Part shown: one piece after another, positions 40,788 through 49,626 of the stretch
Numbering within the stretch: the first letter of the stretch is position 1
Layout: every line of letters begins with the position of its first letter
Assembly (NCBI GenBank): GCA_963662665.2
Contig: CAXXJS010000051.1
Coordinates: forward strand, 19,222-83,221
Length of the DNA: 64,000 nt
Origin: Candidatus Latescibacterota bacterium
Lineage (GTDB): Bacteria > Latescibacterota > UBA2968 > GCA-2709665
Reading direction: 5' to 3'
Position numbers and translations under genes: made by a program
Notes under the pieces: model-generated
Told to the model about the DNA's origin: nothing
Databases searched by the model: none
Seen by the model: only the letters and a program-made list of their open reading frames with translations

Positions 40788-41129
40788 CTATGTGCCCCGC
40801 GTTTTCTTGCCCTGCCGGATGTCATGAGCCGAAAACAGGCATTGCCGTACAGCGTCGACATGCGCCTTCAGGGGGCGATACGTCATGCTTTCATAGCTGG
40901 CAACGTCAACCGATAAGGGCAGATTGCTCTCGTTGAACAGAGTCCACAGTCTGTCGATCGTGGCATCCCTGACGTCTCCGTGAACGACAAGATCAACGTC
41001 GGAATTTTCGCGGTAGTTTCCCGTGGCCCTCGATCCGAACAGGTCAACCTGTGTGATCTCATCGGCGAAGTTGGCCAAAACTGCCCGAATCGTCTCGAGC
41101 TCCTCATCGACAAGTCCGTGGTCAATCAA
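40788..41129 (-). CDS. MNT nucleotidyltransferase
   Basis: LFGSRATGNYRENSDVDLVV; overlaps the upstream HEPN gene. Confidence 0.9.
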   Translation of the reverse strand: MIDHGLVDEELETIRAVLANFADEITQVDLFGSRATGNYRENSDVDLVVHGDVRDATIDRLWTLFNESNLPLSVDVASYESMTYRPLKAHVDAVRQCLFSAHDIRQGKKTRGT

Positions 41130-41547
41130 TGTCGGCCTCCTTCTCCAAAAGAACCAGGTAAAGGTCTTCCATTGCGGTAAGATATCGGATGCGGATATTC
41201 TCTATTACCGCTTCAAATTGCTGGAAATTGTAGGTATGGGACATCTTGTTTCGTGCATCGAGTGCGTCCATCCATACCCTCCCGTGTTCGGTCAGATTGG
41301 TCTCGAAGGCCTTTCTGATGACGTTCCTCGGAGTGGTCTGTTCAAATACGACGCCCTCGTGCTCCAAATAGTCCTTCATGACGTTCCACGCAAGTTCCAT
41401 CGTGTATTCGAACCTCTGGATGGTTCCTTCCTTTTCAAGTTGGCTCAGTCCGGACTCACTCAACGTCTCTATCGCTTCCCGCAGCAACGTAAAGGCACGC
41501 TTGTAGTTGGAGAATCTGTACCTCCAGCGTGGAGTCGAGTGGCTCAT
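41122..41547 (-). CDS. HEPN protein (HI0074/nucleotidyltransferase substrate-binding family)
   Basis: RW.YRF.NY, GTIQRFEYTMELAW, intact RNKMSHTY (RxxxxH); the frame is open upstream to GTG 41640. Confidence 0.9.
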   Translation of the reverse strand: MSHSTPRWRYRFSNYKRAFTLLREAIETLSESGLSQLEKEGTIQRFEYTMELAWNVMKDYLEHEGVVFEQTTPRNVIRKAFETNLTEHGRVWMDALDARNKMSHTYNFQQFEAVIENIRIRYLTAMEDLYLVLLEKEADID

Positions 41548-41636
41548 ATTTCTCATAACCTCTTGTAAATGCGGAATTTCGTGACGATTCCCCGTGTCAC
41601 GTTCGTTCTGTTTGGGGCGTTCAGAGGTATCGGTGT

Positions 41637-42071
41637 TCACCGTGAAACCTGCTGGTCCGTGAACGGGTTTATGACCCGGAGGCCGTCGTAGTCCTGCTCT
41701 GTACTCAAATCTTCGGAATACACGGCATCGCAGCCCAGGGCGTGGGCTGCGGCGAGAATTGCGGCGTCCCCATAGGACAGCCGGAAGCGCTGGCTGATAG
41801 TGACGCCGGCGCGAAACACGTCGTGAGTGACGTCCTGCACTGGAAAGTGACTGATGCTCTCGATGAATTGCAGCGCATGGTCCTGGGTGATCGCTCCAGG
41901 ACGGCTGGCGCGCGTTGCCTGGTGATAAAACTCTTGCAGAACCTGCACAGACAGTGCCAATTCTCCTGTGGTCAGGAGGTTAAGGGCGCGAAGACGCTTG
42001 TCAGCGTCCTCGGACAGAGCACTCACCGCGTACAACAGCACGTTCGTTGCGACAAAGCGCACGGCGCTCAC
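41637..42071 (-). CDS. vapC: PIN-domain (VapC-like) toxin, first catalytic Asp replaced by Ala
   Basis: FVATNVLLYA, SVQVLQEFY, LSYGDAAILAAA, YSEDL, INPF. Confidence 0.85.
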   Translation of the reverse strand: MSAVRFVATNVLLYAVSALSEDADKRLRALNLLTTGELALSVQVLQEFYHQATRASRPGAITQDHALQFIESISHFPVQDVTHDVFRAGVTISQRFRLSYGDAAILAAAHALGCDAVYSEDLSTEQDYDGLRVINPFTDQQVSR

Positions 42072-42415
42072 CCGCCCTCAGGATCTTGGTTTTCGACGGC
42101 GGCCGCTGCCTCGGCTTCGGCCCTTGCCTTGGCGCGGTCGTATAGTTCCTCCCGAGACAGGTTGTCGGGCATCCGCAATCCGCCGCCGTTGGCGGTGATC
42201 TTCTCGATCACTGCGTGCAATCTCCTGCGACGGCGTTCGGCTTCCGTCTCAACGTCGGGCCCCTCGTCCGCTGTTCCGACGACACGGTCCGCAGCCAGGT
42301 TCTTCAGGAAATCTCGCACCAGGGCGGATACCGATGTATCCAACTCCGCCGCACGGATACGCGCGAGCCGGTGTGTCTGTTCGTCGACGGATACGGTGAT
42401 ATTTCTCATGGTCAC
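42068..42415 (-). CDS. Ribbon-helix-helix antitoxin
   Basis: MRNITVSVDE..HRLARIRAAELDTSVSALVRDFL...LSREELYDR; coupled to the PIN gene. Confidence 0.85.
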   Translation of the reverse strand: MTMRNITVSVDEQTHRLARIRAAELDTSVSALVRDFLKNLAADRVVGTADEGPDVETEAERRRRRLHAVIEKITANGGGLRMPDNLSREELYDRAKARAEAEAAAAVENQDPEGG

Positions 42416-42656
42416 AGTCTCACATTTTCTGTCTTTGACAATTTAAGATTTAATCATCCGACGGGCAACTCCAGCGGCGGCGCGCGAACTCTGAGAGTTT
42501 TACATCAAGGGCTGGTTTATCACGCTACCGCAAGCGTCAGGCCTGCGCCACGGTACACATACTCGGACCTATGGGACCTTGTCGGGGCGTTAAGCGGCAG
42601 TGATGGACGCCTCCGTAAGCACCGTCGTGGATGCCAAATGACCAGTTTGGTTTCCG

Positions 42657-43541
42657 TCACCTACGGCGCAGACGCGTTACCCCGATACTCCGATATCCTT
42701 CTTCTACATCGAATAGCTCAATCTCACTTCTCTTGTCAAGAACCGGCAAATTCAAATCGGCCGGGACTTTTCCAAATACAAACTTCGTGATGTCGTCTCG
42801 GAAAATACACAAATCGTACCGTCCACAATAGTCTGGTCCCCAGAGTTCTTCTATTCGATCACCCAGATCACTCCATTCTTCAGAATTCATCCTGACGGCG
42901 TACCAGTCACGATACTTCTCTTGACGATTCCTTTTCAATCGCCAGCTATGGGTGTGTTGAGATGGATGAAATCGCTCGTGAACGACCCATTCCACAATCC
43001 GCGTAAGCCCATACGTGATCTCATGCAGGTAGTCCACACTGACCAACGGCATTTTCCCGCTCTGCATTTCCTCGATAAGGAAGTACCGCCAATCGAAGGA
43101 GCCAAGGTCTCTATCTCCATCTAGGTTTTCAAGGAAGTCCTCGATGGAGTCAAATGGAAATCGTCCTAATTCCGCATGTGCTGTTGCCTTGTAGTCATCG
43201 AAATATTCTCCGAGAATCGAATTATCATTTTGGTCAAGAAGGCCGAATAGAACAGAAAGTGCATGCTCTTTGGGAACCTCCTTCGCCCGAACGTGAAGAA
43301 GGGCCTTGAATGCTTCCTCAACCAGGAAGTATCCAACAACTACAAAGCCCCACCCTTGAGCAGATTCGTGGCCCGGAACCATATCTGGCAGTATTGGAGA
43401 CTTTCTGTATTTCTCTTTCTCCTTCTTCAAGGCCGTATCTAACCAAGTCAGGATCCAAGAAGGCTCTTTGAACTTGATGGCCTGTTTCGGCTTCTCTATT
43501 CCCTTGCCCTCTGGAGGCTCGTTGTTGTCGCCGTCCTTCAT
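42657..43541 (-). CDS. Uncharacterised protein with HEPN-like signature
   Basis: VEEAFKALL...EHALSVLF...FDWRYF.IE; low GC; ATGA overlap with the hsdS stop. Confidence 0.65.
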   Translation of the reverse strand: MKDGDNNEPPEGKGIEKPKQAIKFKEPSWILTWLDTALKKEKEKYRKSPILPDMVPGHESAQGWGFVVVGYFLVEEAFKALLHVRAKEVPKEHALSVLFGLLDQNDNSILGEYFDDYKATAHAELGRFPFDSIEDFLENLDGDRDLGSFDWRYFLIEEMQSGKMPLVSVDYLHEITYGLTRIVEWVVHERFHPSQHTHSWRLKRNRQEKYRDWYAVRMNSEEWSDLGDRIEELWGPDYCGRYDLCIFRDDITKFVFGKVPADLNLPVLDKRSEIELFDVEEGYRSIGVTRLRRR

Positions 43542-44983
43542 ACGGTAACGTCCGTTTCGATTGCGTACTCGTCCGCCGATTTCTCGGTGTCGCGGTGAAC
43601 GTCTTCCTCCGGCAGTTCAGCCGCCGCCTCGCGCACGTCAAGTTTTCCCGTGACGACATCGGAAATCAGGCGGGTGCGGTATTCGTGGAGGAGGTCAATT
43701 TCGCGTTCAGCTCCTTGGATCGCCACATCAGATCTCGCTGTCTCAAAGTTAATCCACTCAAGAATTGTTGTCTGATCCGCCAGTGTGGGGTAAAGCAACC
43801 AACAGTCACCCAGCGCTTCACGGTTGATTTTGGGCATGGCAACCCGCATTGAGCATTCGACAGTGTATCTAGTCACATTGTTCGACAGAAGCAATTGCAA
43901 AAAAAATGAAGGGTTGATCTCATCCTTTCGCACTCGGATCGGGTATATGTCTGCGCTGCAAATTCCATCGACTGGAGAGATCGCTGCCTTGCGCAGGTTC
44001 GGACGAATTTTGCTATAGACCACGTCTCCGGCAGTTACTTCGTGTTTTCCACTGTCAGCACCCTGTGCCTCTGCAGTCTCAAAATCCGTTATTTTTCCGA
44101 GCCTTGGCGCAATGTGGTTTGGCGCGATAAGTACCTTATGTCGGTGCTCTTCAAGGCGCGGATCAACCAGACTACTTGGGATGTAGGCCAAGAACTTAAG
44201 CCGCTTAACTGCCCAATGCATTGGAACCTCTCCTAGCCACCTCACGCCGGAGTCCCTGTAGGCCGGGAAGGGCTGGCCGGTTCGGACGTCGATCTTGCCC
44301 GTGACAGCCTGGTGGATGATGGCCTGCTTCTGCTCATCCAGCAGCACAATCAGCTTCTGCTTGGCGCGGATGTAGCGCTGGATGCGCCGGTCGGCGCGGT
44401 CGAGGAAGCGGACGATGGCGGCTTGTTCGGGCAGGGGTGGTATTACCACAATTAGAGCCTTGATCATACCGGAATTTAGTCCGTGCATGATCGAGCCCTT
44501 ACCTGAGACCGTGATTTGTTGTTTTATATATGGGGACTCGTCAATTAATAACACAGCGAATTTAGGACAGATTGTATCGTCCAACCGCAACCGAAGTAAA
44601 TGGGAATCCATTATGCCAGCGGCTGCACCGCTGGGAACACCGGCACACCTTCCGCTTGTACCCATCATTGTTACCAGTAGATCGCCGGGAAGTACTTCGC
44701 AAGCGGCAAGCTCATCGAACTTCTCTTGGCTGATAAATTTCGTTCCGCACAAGAAATCATTGGAAATTACATTGGCCTGCCCGTACACCTTGTAGCCTGA
44801 ATTCGACATCTGATCTAGCTTCAACTGGCTCCCGAACGGGCCGATTTTTATCCCATCATACGCCCGAAGCCTTCGGCGCAGTGACGTGACATCCCAATGT
44901 CCCGGGACGTTGTCGAACCACTCGACACCAGAGTCCTTCAATTCCGGATACGGCTTCAATGCGTGGGTGGTGGGTAACTTCAT
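43538..44983 (-). CDS. hsdS: Type I restriction enzyme S subunit (two TRDs)
   Basis: Repeated PYPELKDSGVEW/PFPAYRDSGVRWLGEVP, PPLPEQAAIVRFLD, EYRTRLISDVVTGKLDVR. Confidence 0.95.
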   Translation of the reverse strand: MKLPTTHALKPYPELKDSGVEWFDNVPGHWDVTSLRRRLRAYDGIKIGPFGSQLKLDQMSNSGYKVYGQANVISNDFLCGTKFISQEKFDELAACEVLPGDLLVTMMGTSGRCAGVPSGAAAGIMDSHLLRLRLDDTICPKFAVLLIDESPYIKQQITVSGKGSIMHGLNSGMIKALIVVIPPLPEQAAIVRFLDRADRRIQRYIRAKQKLIVLLDEQKQAIIHQAVTGKIDVRTGQPFPAYRDSGVRWLGEVPMHWAVKRLKFLAYIPSSLVDPRLEEHRHKVLIAPNHIAPRLGKITDFETAEAQGADSGKHEVTAGDVVYSKIRPNLRKAAISPVDGICSADIYPIRVRKDEINPSFFLQLLLSNNVTRYTVECSMRVAMPKINREALGDCWLLYPTLADQTTILEWINFETARSDVAIQGAEREIDLLHEYRTRLISDVVTGKLDVREAAAELPEEDVHRDTEKSADEYAIETDVTV

Positions 44984-44986
44984 ACT

Positions 44987-45132
44987 TAGTGAGCCTCATC
45001 GTGTGCGAAGTGCAGTCAAATCGACTAAGGGCAGGGCATGGAGTCATTGAAATGGCAGGGTACCGCGTTTCGTGCGGTGGCTCCTCGGGGTTTCCAGTCG
45101 TCACGCTGGGTGAAGATGCTGCGCCCGATGCC
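44987..45132 (-). pseudogene. Degenerate second copy of the HicB-like gene
   Basis: Translates GIGRSIFTQRDDWK...RNAVPCHFND...P*SI*LHFAHDEA, aligning with ALGHSIFTQGEDWN...RDAVLCHFDD...IIRLHLVRVEA of 47206..47472. Confidence 0.8.
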
Positions 45133-45133
45133 A

Positions 45134-45961
45134 TCAGATGGTCGTACCCGAATAAGGGCTCGGCGGAAGAGGAGGATGCCTCGGATTCTCCCACGGAGCG
45201 TAAAACCACTTGTTCTGCATCACTGGTGGCGGAGTAAACTGGAACCGGCTCACCACGACGATCTTGCTAAACTGCACCGTATCTTCGCATTCCCGGATGC
45301 TCGCCTCGATCTCGCTCCGATCCTCCTCAGATAGAATCTTAATCGGCGCAATCACGATCTCATCGTCTAAGACCAGCCACCACTGACGGTAGCGACCGGC
45401 TTTCTCGCTCTTCTCAATCTTCGCCACCTTCTCTTGTATGCAAGCGAGTATTCTCTCGGTAAGGGTGGGCACGACGGCGCACCCCTTGTCGCGACTAACC
45501 CCTGAAAAGGATCCCTCGTTACTCGCCGGATCCAACGTCAAAACCACGCCCCTTCTATGGATATCTTCCTCTGGCAACAGCTGAAACTCGCCTCCGAACG
45601 GATTTTCGAGTGCGTCGTGTACGCGTTCCTTCCAAGTGGGATCTTTGCTTGATGGTGGCCGTGGTTCTCTGGGATCGTATTCACATCGTGCGTGCCACCG
45701 CCGATCGCCTTCCTTTGATGCCTTTTTGATCAATCGTTCGAGTTCACGTTCGAATGCCGTCTCCTTAGTCCTCCCCCACCCTTCCGTGTTATGGAGGAGC
45801 GTTACCTCAACACCAATCTTGGTACCCTTGTACTGAATTTCCCAGTCCGGTGGGCCGTCTCCATCGCGACCGACATATTTTTTCGTAGCCCCGATTTGAT
45901 CGAGCCATTCCCCGCTCGAAATCTCACTACCCTTTGGACAGTTCATCAGCTTCCTTGCCAT
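45134..45961 (-). CDS. Uncharacterised protein, possible PD-(D/E)xK-fold nuclease
   Basis: PPDWEI...IGVEVT and QEK..K...YRQWWLVLDD pattern; located inside the RM operon. Confidence 0.6.
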   Translation of the reverse strand: MARKLMNCPKGSEISSGEWLDQIGATKKYVGRDGDGPPDWEIQYKGTKIGVEVTLLHNTEGWGRTKETAFERELERLIKKASKEGDRRWHARCEYDPREPRPPSSKDPTWKERVHDALENPFGGEFQLLPEEDIHRRGVVLTLDPASNEGSFSGVSRDKGCAVVPTLTERILACIQEKVAKIEKSEKAGRYRQWWLVLDDEIVIAPIKILSEEDRSEIEASIRECEDTVQFSKIVVVSRFQFTPPPVMQNKWFYAPWENPRHPPLPPSPYSGTTI

Positions 45962-46159
45962 CCATTTCCGTCCGAGTCAACGCGAACATGCAATGTAAGC
46001 CACGCCATTTCGTCTTCGTGTACGACGAAGGTTATTCGCGTACCAGAAATCGCTCGCTTCTGTTGCATCGGTTGTCCGCTTCGTGACTGCTGTATAGGAC
46101 CATCGACTGTTGGATTTCGACAATTATTCCTGCCGAGCCGTTGCGCGTCCGATCGGGGA

Positions 46160-47209
46160 TCATTCCGCAGGCTCTTCAGTGACAAGCATCCAGACTTGCT
46201 TCAAGGGCAGCTCCGCCTGAATCTCCGCCGGGAGACGCTCGTAATTGCGATAGATGGCCTCTACGAGATCTCTGCTTTCCCACAAACGCACCATGAAATG
46301 GCTTTGCTTCGATTCCTGTAGAACTACCTTGTTGAACCCGCCCCAACAGACGAGCAACCCCTGTTCAGCCTTGAACGTCTGCATCGTCCCCAGCAACGTT
46401 CGGTATACCGTTACGTCGGCGGGACTATTCTGCGACTTGACCTGCACGCACAAGCGAGGGCTGTCCAGACCCAGCGAGCCACGACCCGCGAGAATATCCA
46501 CGCCTCCATCAGGCCCAGGCGGCGAGACTCTCGTGACCCAACCATCGACTCTTAACACCGCATCTACCAACCCTGTCAGGGCGTGCTCGGTGAACCGTGA
46601 CTGAAGCCGGGCAATAATCTGATCGTGCGCCATCTCTGTCAGATCTGGAATCGCATCGGTCTGATCTGCCGTTTGCTTCGATAGCTCTTTCGGTGAGTGT
46701 GACGTCGACGGGCCGGGGTCGGACTTACCATCAAGAACCGTAAGGACTCGCTCAACCGCGTCATTGCGGGAGACGTTACACACAGTCATGGCTGCGCCGA
46801 ATGAATAGAGCAGGTCTTGCTCGAACGTGGCACGCGGCACATCGGACAGACTCCATTCAACGGGCCGTATATGCCGTTTCATAGTATCCACTTGGTCGTA
46901 TCGATAGGGTCCCGTGACCCGGCCGATAGCAATCTGCGACGTGAGCTTGCGTGGTAGGACGACTATGTCACCTTCCTGCATTGCCAACGCGAACGCCCAG
47001 AGTTGCCCTGCGAGATTGCCCACGGCACGCGGCTTCCGTCCGGGCATCGCTTCGCTGACCTGCTTGAAAACCTCATCATAATCTTTCGCTCCTTCGAGAG
47101 ATGGTACGTCCCGAAAACCAATAATGGCGATATTGTTTTCAAGGGCGTAGTCCTCTTCTTCACCATTTCGACCTGCCCTGACGAGATATACCTTCGGGGT
47201 ACTGTTCAT
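46160..47209 (-). CDS. mrr: Mrr-family (type IV) restriction endonuclease
   Basis: YLVRAG N-terminal domain; GPDGGVDILA...CVQVKS catalytic motif; GLLVCWGGF. Confidence 0.88.
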   Translation of the reverse strand: MNSTPKVYLVRAGRNGEEEDYALENNIAIIGFRDVPSLEGAKDYDEVFKQVSEAMPGRKPRAVGNLAGQLWAFALAMQEGDIVVLPRKLTSQIAIGRVTGPYRYDQVDTMKRHIRPVEWSLSDVPRATFEQDLLYSFGAAMTVCNVSRNDAVERVLTVLDGKSDPGPSTSHSPKELSKQTADQTDAIPDLTEMAHDQIIARLQSRFTEHALTGLVDAVLRVDGWVTRVSPPGPDGGVDILAGRGSLGLDSPRLCVQVKSQNSPADVTVYRTLLGTMQTFKAEQGLLVCWGGFNKVVLQESKQSHFMVRLWESRDLVEAIYRNYERLPAEIQAELPLKQVWMLVTEEPAE

Positions 47210-47472
47210 TGTCTAGTCTCCGACTCGACGCTTTCGAGCTTCTTTTCGGCGAGGTAGCTACATCCTGCGATGGCCTCGACTCTGACGAGATGCAGTCTAA
47301 TTATTCGTGGCATGTTCTCGTCGTCGAAATGACAGAGCACCGCGTCTCGCACCATCGCCTTGAGGTCGTTCCAGTCTTCTCCCTGCGTGAAGATGCTGTG
47401 CCCGAGCGCTCTGGCGTCGTATCCGCCTTCAGCCGCTTCGGTTACCTCGAAGATGATCTCGCTCGGTCTCAT
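47206..47472 (-). CDS. HicB-like antitoxin-fold protein with no HicA partner
   Basis: EIIFEVTEAAEGGYDARALGHSIFTQGEDWNDLKAMVRDAVLCHFD. Confidence 0.7.
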   Translation of the reverse strand: MRPSEIIFEVTEAAEGGYDARALGHSIFTQGEDWNDLKAMVRDAVLCHFDDENMPRIIRLHLVRVEAIAGCSYLAEKKLESVESETRQ

Positions 47473-47639
47473 CTACTTATCCTCCGTGTGTCCTGGCCGC
47501 CCTTAGCGACAGGATTCTCCGGGTCTTTCGACCACCTGGCCGGGTTATCCGCGATGTATTGCCGAATCCGGGGCAGATTCACCATTTGCCTGAAGTTCCA
47601 GCATATCGCCACCCGTCGCGGCGACGCGTGCGTGTTCAT
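47469..47639 (-). pseudogene. 56-aa ORF containing the C-terminus of a REP-associated tyrosine transposase (RAYT)
   Basis: LPRIRQYIADNPARWSKDPENP; ATGA overlaps with hsdM upstream and the HicB-like gene downstream. Confidence 0.7.
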
Positions 47640-49615
47640 GACCGTCTGCCATCTCCAATAATCTCGTCTAACAACCCCTCGGTCTCCCTCTCAAGCGCCA
47701 GGATGTCCGCCCGTATTTCCTCCAGCGTGCGCATAGGCTGGGGTTTGTAGAAGTATCGCGTGAAGCTGATCTCGTAGCCGATTTTCACGCTGTCCGCCTG
47801 GTACCACGCGTCAGCGGCATAGGGCAGGACCTCACGCTGCAGGAAGGCTTCGATGCCGCCCTCTTCCTGGAGCGGGATCTGTTCTGTGTCGCGCAGATCG
47901 GTGTCCGGTTCGTATTCGACCACCGCAGGCCTGCCGTTGATAGTGACCTCGAACCGGCCGCGTAGTGGGTCAGCCGCGGTGCCTTTCTTGTGAATCTTTT
48001 TGATGACGGGCGGCGCGGTTTCGTTGCGCTCACTACTCTCTTTCAGTTTCTTGATTTCGGCGGCCTTGTAGGCCCGGTTGGGGTCGATCCCTTCGAGCCG
48101 CAGCGGCCGTTCGACCGTCACTTTCCAGTATCCGAAGGCGGCGTTGTCGAAGATCTTACTTTGTTCGTTCTCCTTAAAGGCGAGGAAGGCGTCGCAGATG
48201 CGCTGGATGTCCTCCTCGCCGAGTTCGCAGTTCTTCTTACCCAGGTTCTTGCGCAATGGCCGATACCACTCGGTGGCATCGATCAACTGCACCTTGCCCC
48301 GGCGATGCTCCGGCTTGCGGTTGGTGATCACCCACACGTACGTGGCGATGCCGGTGTTGTAGAACATATTGAGCGGGAGGGCGACGATCGCCTCCAGCCA
48401 GTCGTTCTCGATGATCCAGCGACGGATATTGCTCTCGCCCTGACCGGCGTCTCCGGTGAACAACGAACTGCCGTTATGCACCTCGGCGATGCGGCTGCCG
48501 CCCTCTTTCATCTTGGACAGCTTGTTGGCGAGAAAGAGCATCTGGCCGTCGCTGGATCGGGTAACGAGCGAATACTCGGGATCGTCCGCGTGCTCAATCA
48601 CGAAGCGCGGGTCGCGCATTTCCTTCTTGCCGCCCATGCGTTCCAGATCGGTCTTCCAGCTCTTGCCGTAGGGCGGATTGGAGAGCATGAAGTCGAACTC
48701 GCGGGACGGAAAGGCGTCATTGGCCAGGGTGGAATGCTCCGGTCCGCCCACGATGTTGTCGGCGGCGTCCCCTTCTCCCTTCAGCAGCAGGTCGGCCTTG
48801 CAGATGGCGTAGGTCTCGGCATTGATTTCCTGTCCGTACAGGTGGGTGGAAACCTGCTCACCGCGCTTGGCGGCGAGTTGCTGAAGTACCTCTTCGGCCA
48901 CGGTCAACATGCCGCCTGTACCGCATGCGCCGTCGTAGATCAGGTAGGTGCTGGATGTTATCTCGTCAGCGACGGGGAGGAAGACCAGCTTCGCCATCAG
49001 CGTGACAGCGTCGCGCGGCGTCCAGTGTTCGCCCGCTTCCTCGTTGTTCTCCTCATTGAAGCGCCGGATCAGCTCCTCGAATATCGTGCCCATGCCATGG
49101 TTGTCCAGGCCGGCGTGCCTGACCGATCCGTCGCCGTGGTGTACCGGGTCCGGGCTCAGGTTGACGTCCGGAGATGTCAGCTTTTCTATCAGCGTGCCCA
49201 ATGCATCGGCCCTGGAGAGACGTGTGACCTGGTTTCGGAACTCGAAATTTTCAAGAATATCCTGGACGTTTGGCGAGAACCCGTCCAGCCAGGCCCTGAA
49301 GTCGGCCTCGAGTTGCTGGCGATTGCCGCGGGCGCGCAGGTCGCGCAGGGTGAACCTGGAAGTATTGTAGAAGTCCTGTCCCGCCGCCTGCCTCAATGGC
49401 TCGTCCTGGTCGACCAGGCCGATTTTGTCGAGCGAGGCCTGCATGTCCAACACCGCCTGCTTACTATCCTCCAGTACGGCGTCGAGCCGGCGCAGCACGG
49501 TCATCGGCAGGATCACGTCGCGGTACTTGCCGCGTACGTACAGATCTCGCAGGACGTCGTCGGCGATTCCCCAGATATAATTCGCGATCCAGTTCAGGTT
49601 GGCGTTGCTTGTCAT
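47636..49615 (-). CDS. hsdM: Type I restriction enzyme M subunit (N6-adenine methyltransferase)
   Basis: IWGIADDVLRD, GEHWTPRD, YDGACGTGGML, SNPPYG, MFYNTGIATY. Confidence 0.96.
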   Translation of the reverse strand: MTSNANLNWIANYIWGIADDVLRDLYVRGKYRDVILPMTVLRRLDAVLEDSKQAVLDMQASLDKIGLVDQDEPLRQAAGQDFYNTSRFTLRDLRARGNRQQLEADFRAWLDGFSPNVQDILENFEFRNQVTRLSRADALGTLIEKLTSPDVNLSPDPVHHGDGSVRHAGLDNHGMGTIFEELIRRFNEENNEEAGEHWTPRDAVTLMAKLVFLPVADEITSSTYLIYDGACGTGGMLTVAEEVLQQLAAKRGEQVSTHLYGQEINAETYAICKADLLLKGEGDAADNIVGGPEHSTLANDAFPSREFDFMLSNPPYGKSWKTDLERMGGKKEMRDPRFVIEHADDPEYSLVTRSSDGQMLFLANKLSKMKEGGSRIAEVHNGSSLFTGDAGQGESNIRRWIIENDWLEAIVALPLNMFYNTGIATYVWVITNRKPEHRRGKVQLIDATEWYRPLRKNLGKKNCELGEEDIQRICDAFLAFKENEQSKIFDNAAFGYWKVTVERPLRLEGIDPNRAYKAAEIKKLKESSERNETAPPVIKKIHKKGTAADPLRGRFEVTINGRPAVVEYEPDTDLRDTEQIPLQEEGGIEAFLQREVLPYAADAWYQADSVKIGYEISFTRYFYKPQPMRTLEEIRADILALERETEGLLDEIIGDGRRS

Positions 49616-49626
49616 CGGGATTCCTT

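Noticed and set aside
42460-42495. Possible relic of an hsdS 3' end (VRAPPLELP versus VREAAAELP)
   Set aside because: Only about 18/30 nt identity in GC-rich sequence; could be chance.
45946-46185. 79-aa ORF between mrr and the putative nuclease
   Set aside because: No recognisable motif in any frame; likely a remnant of a deleted cassette, so not called as a CDS.
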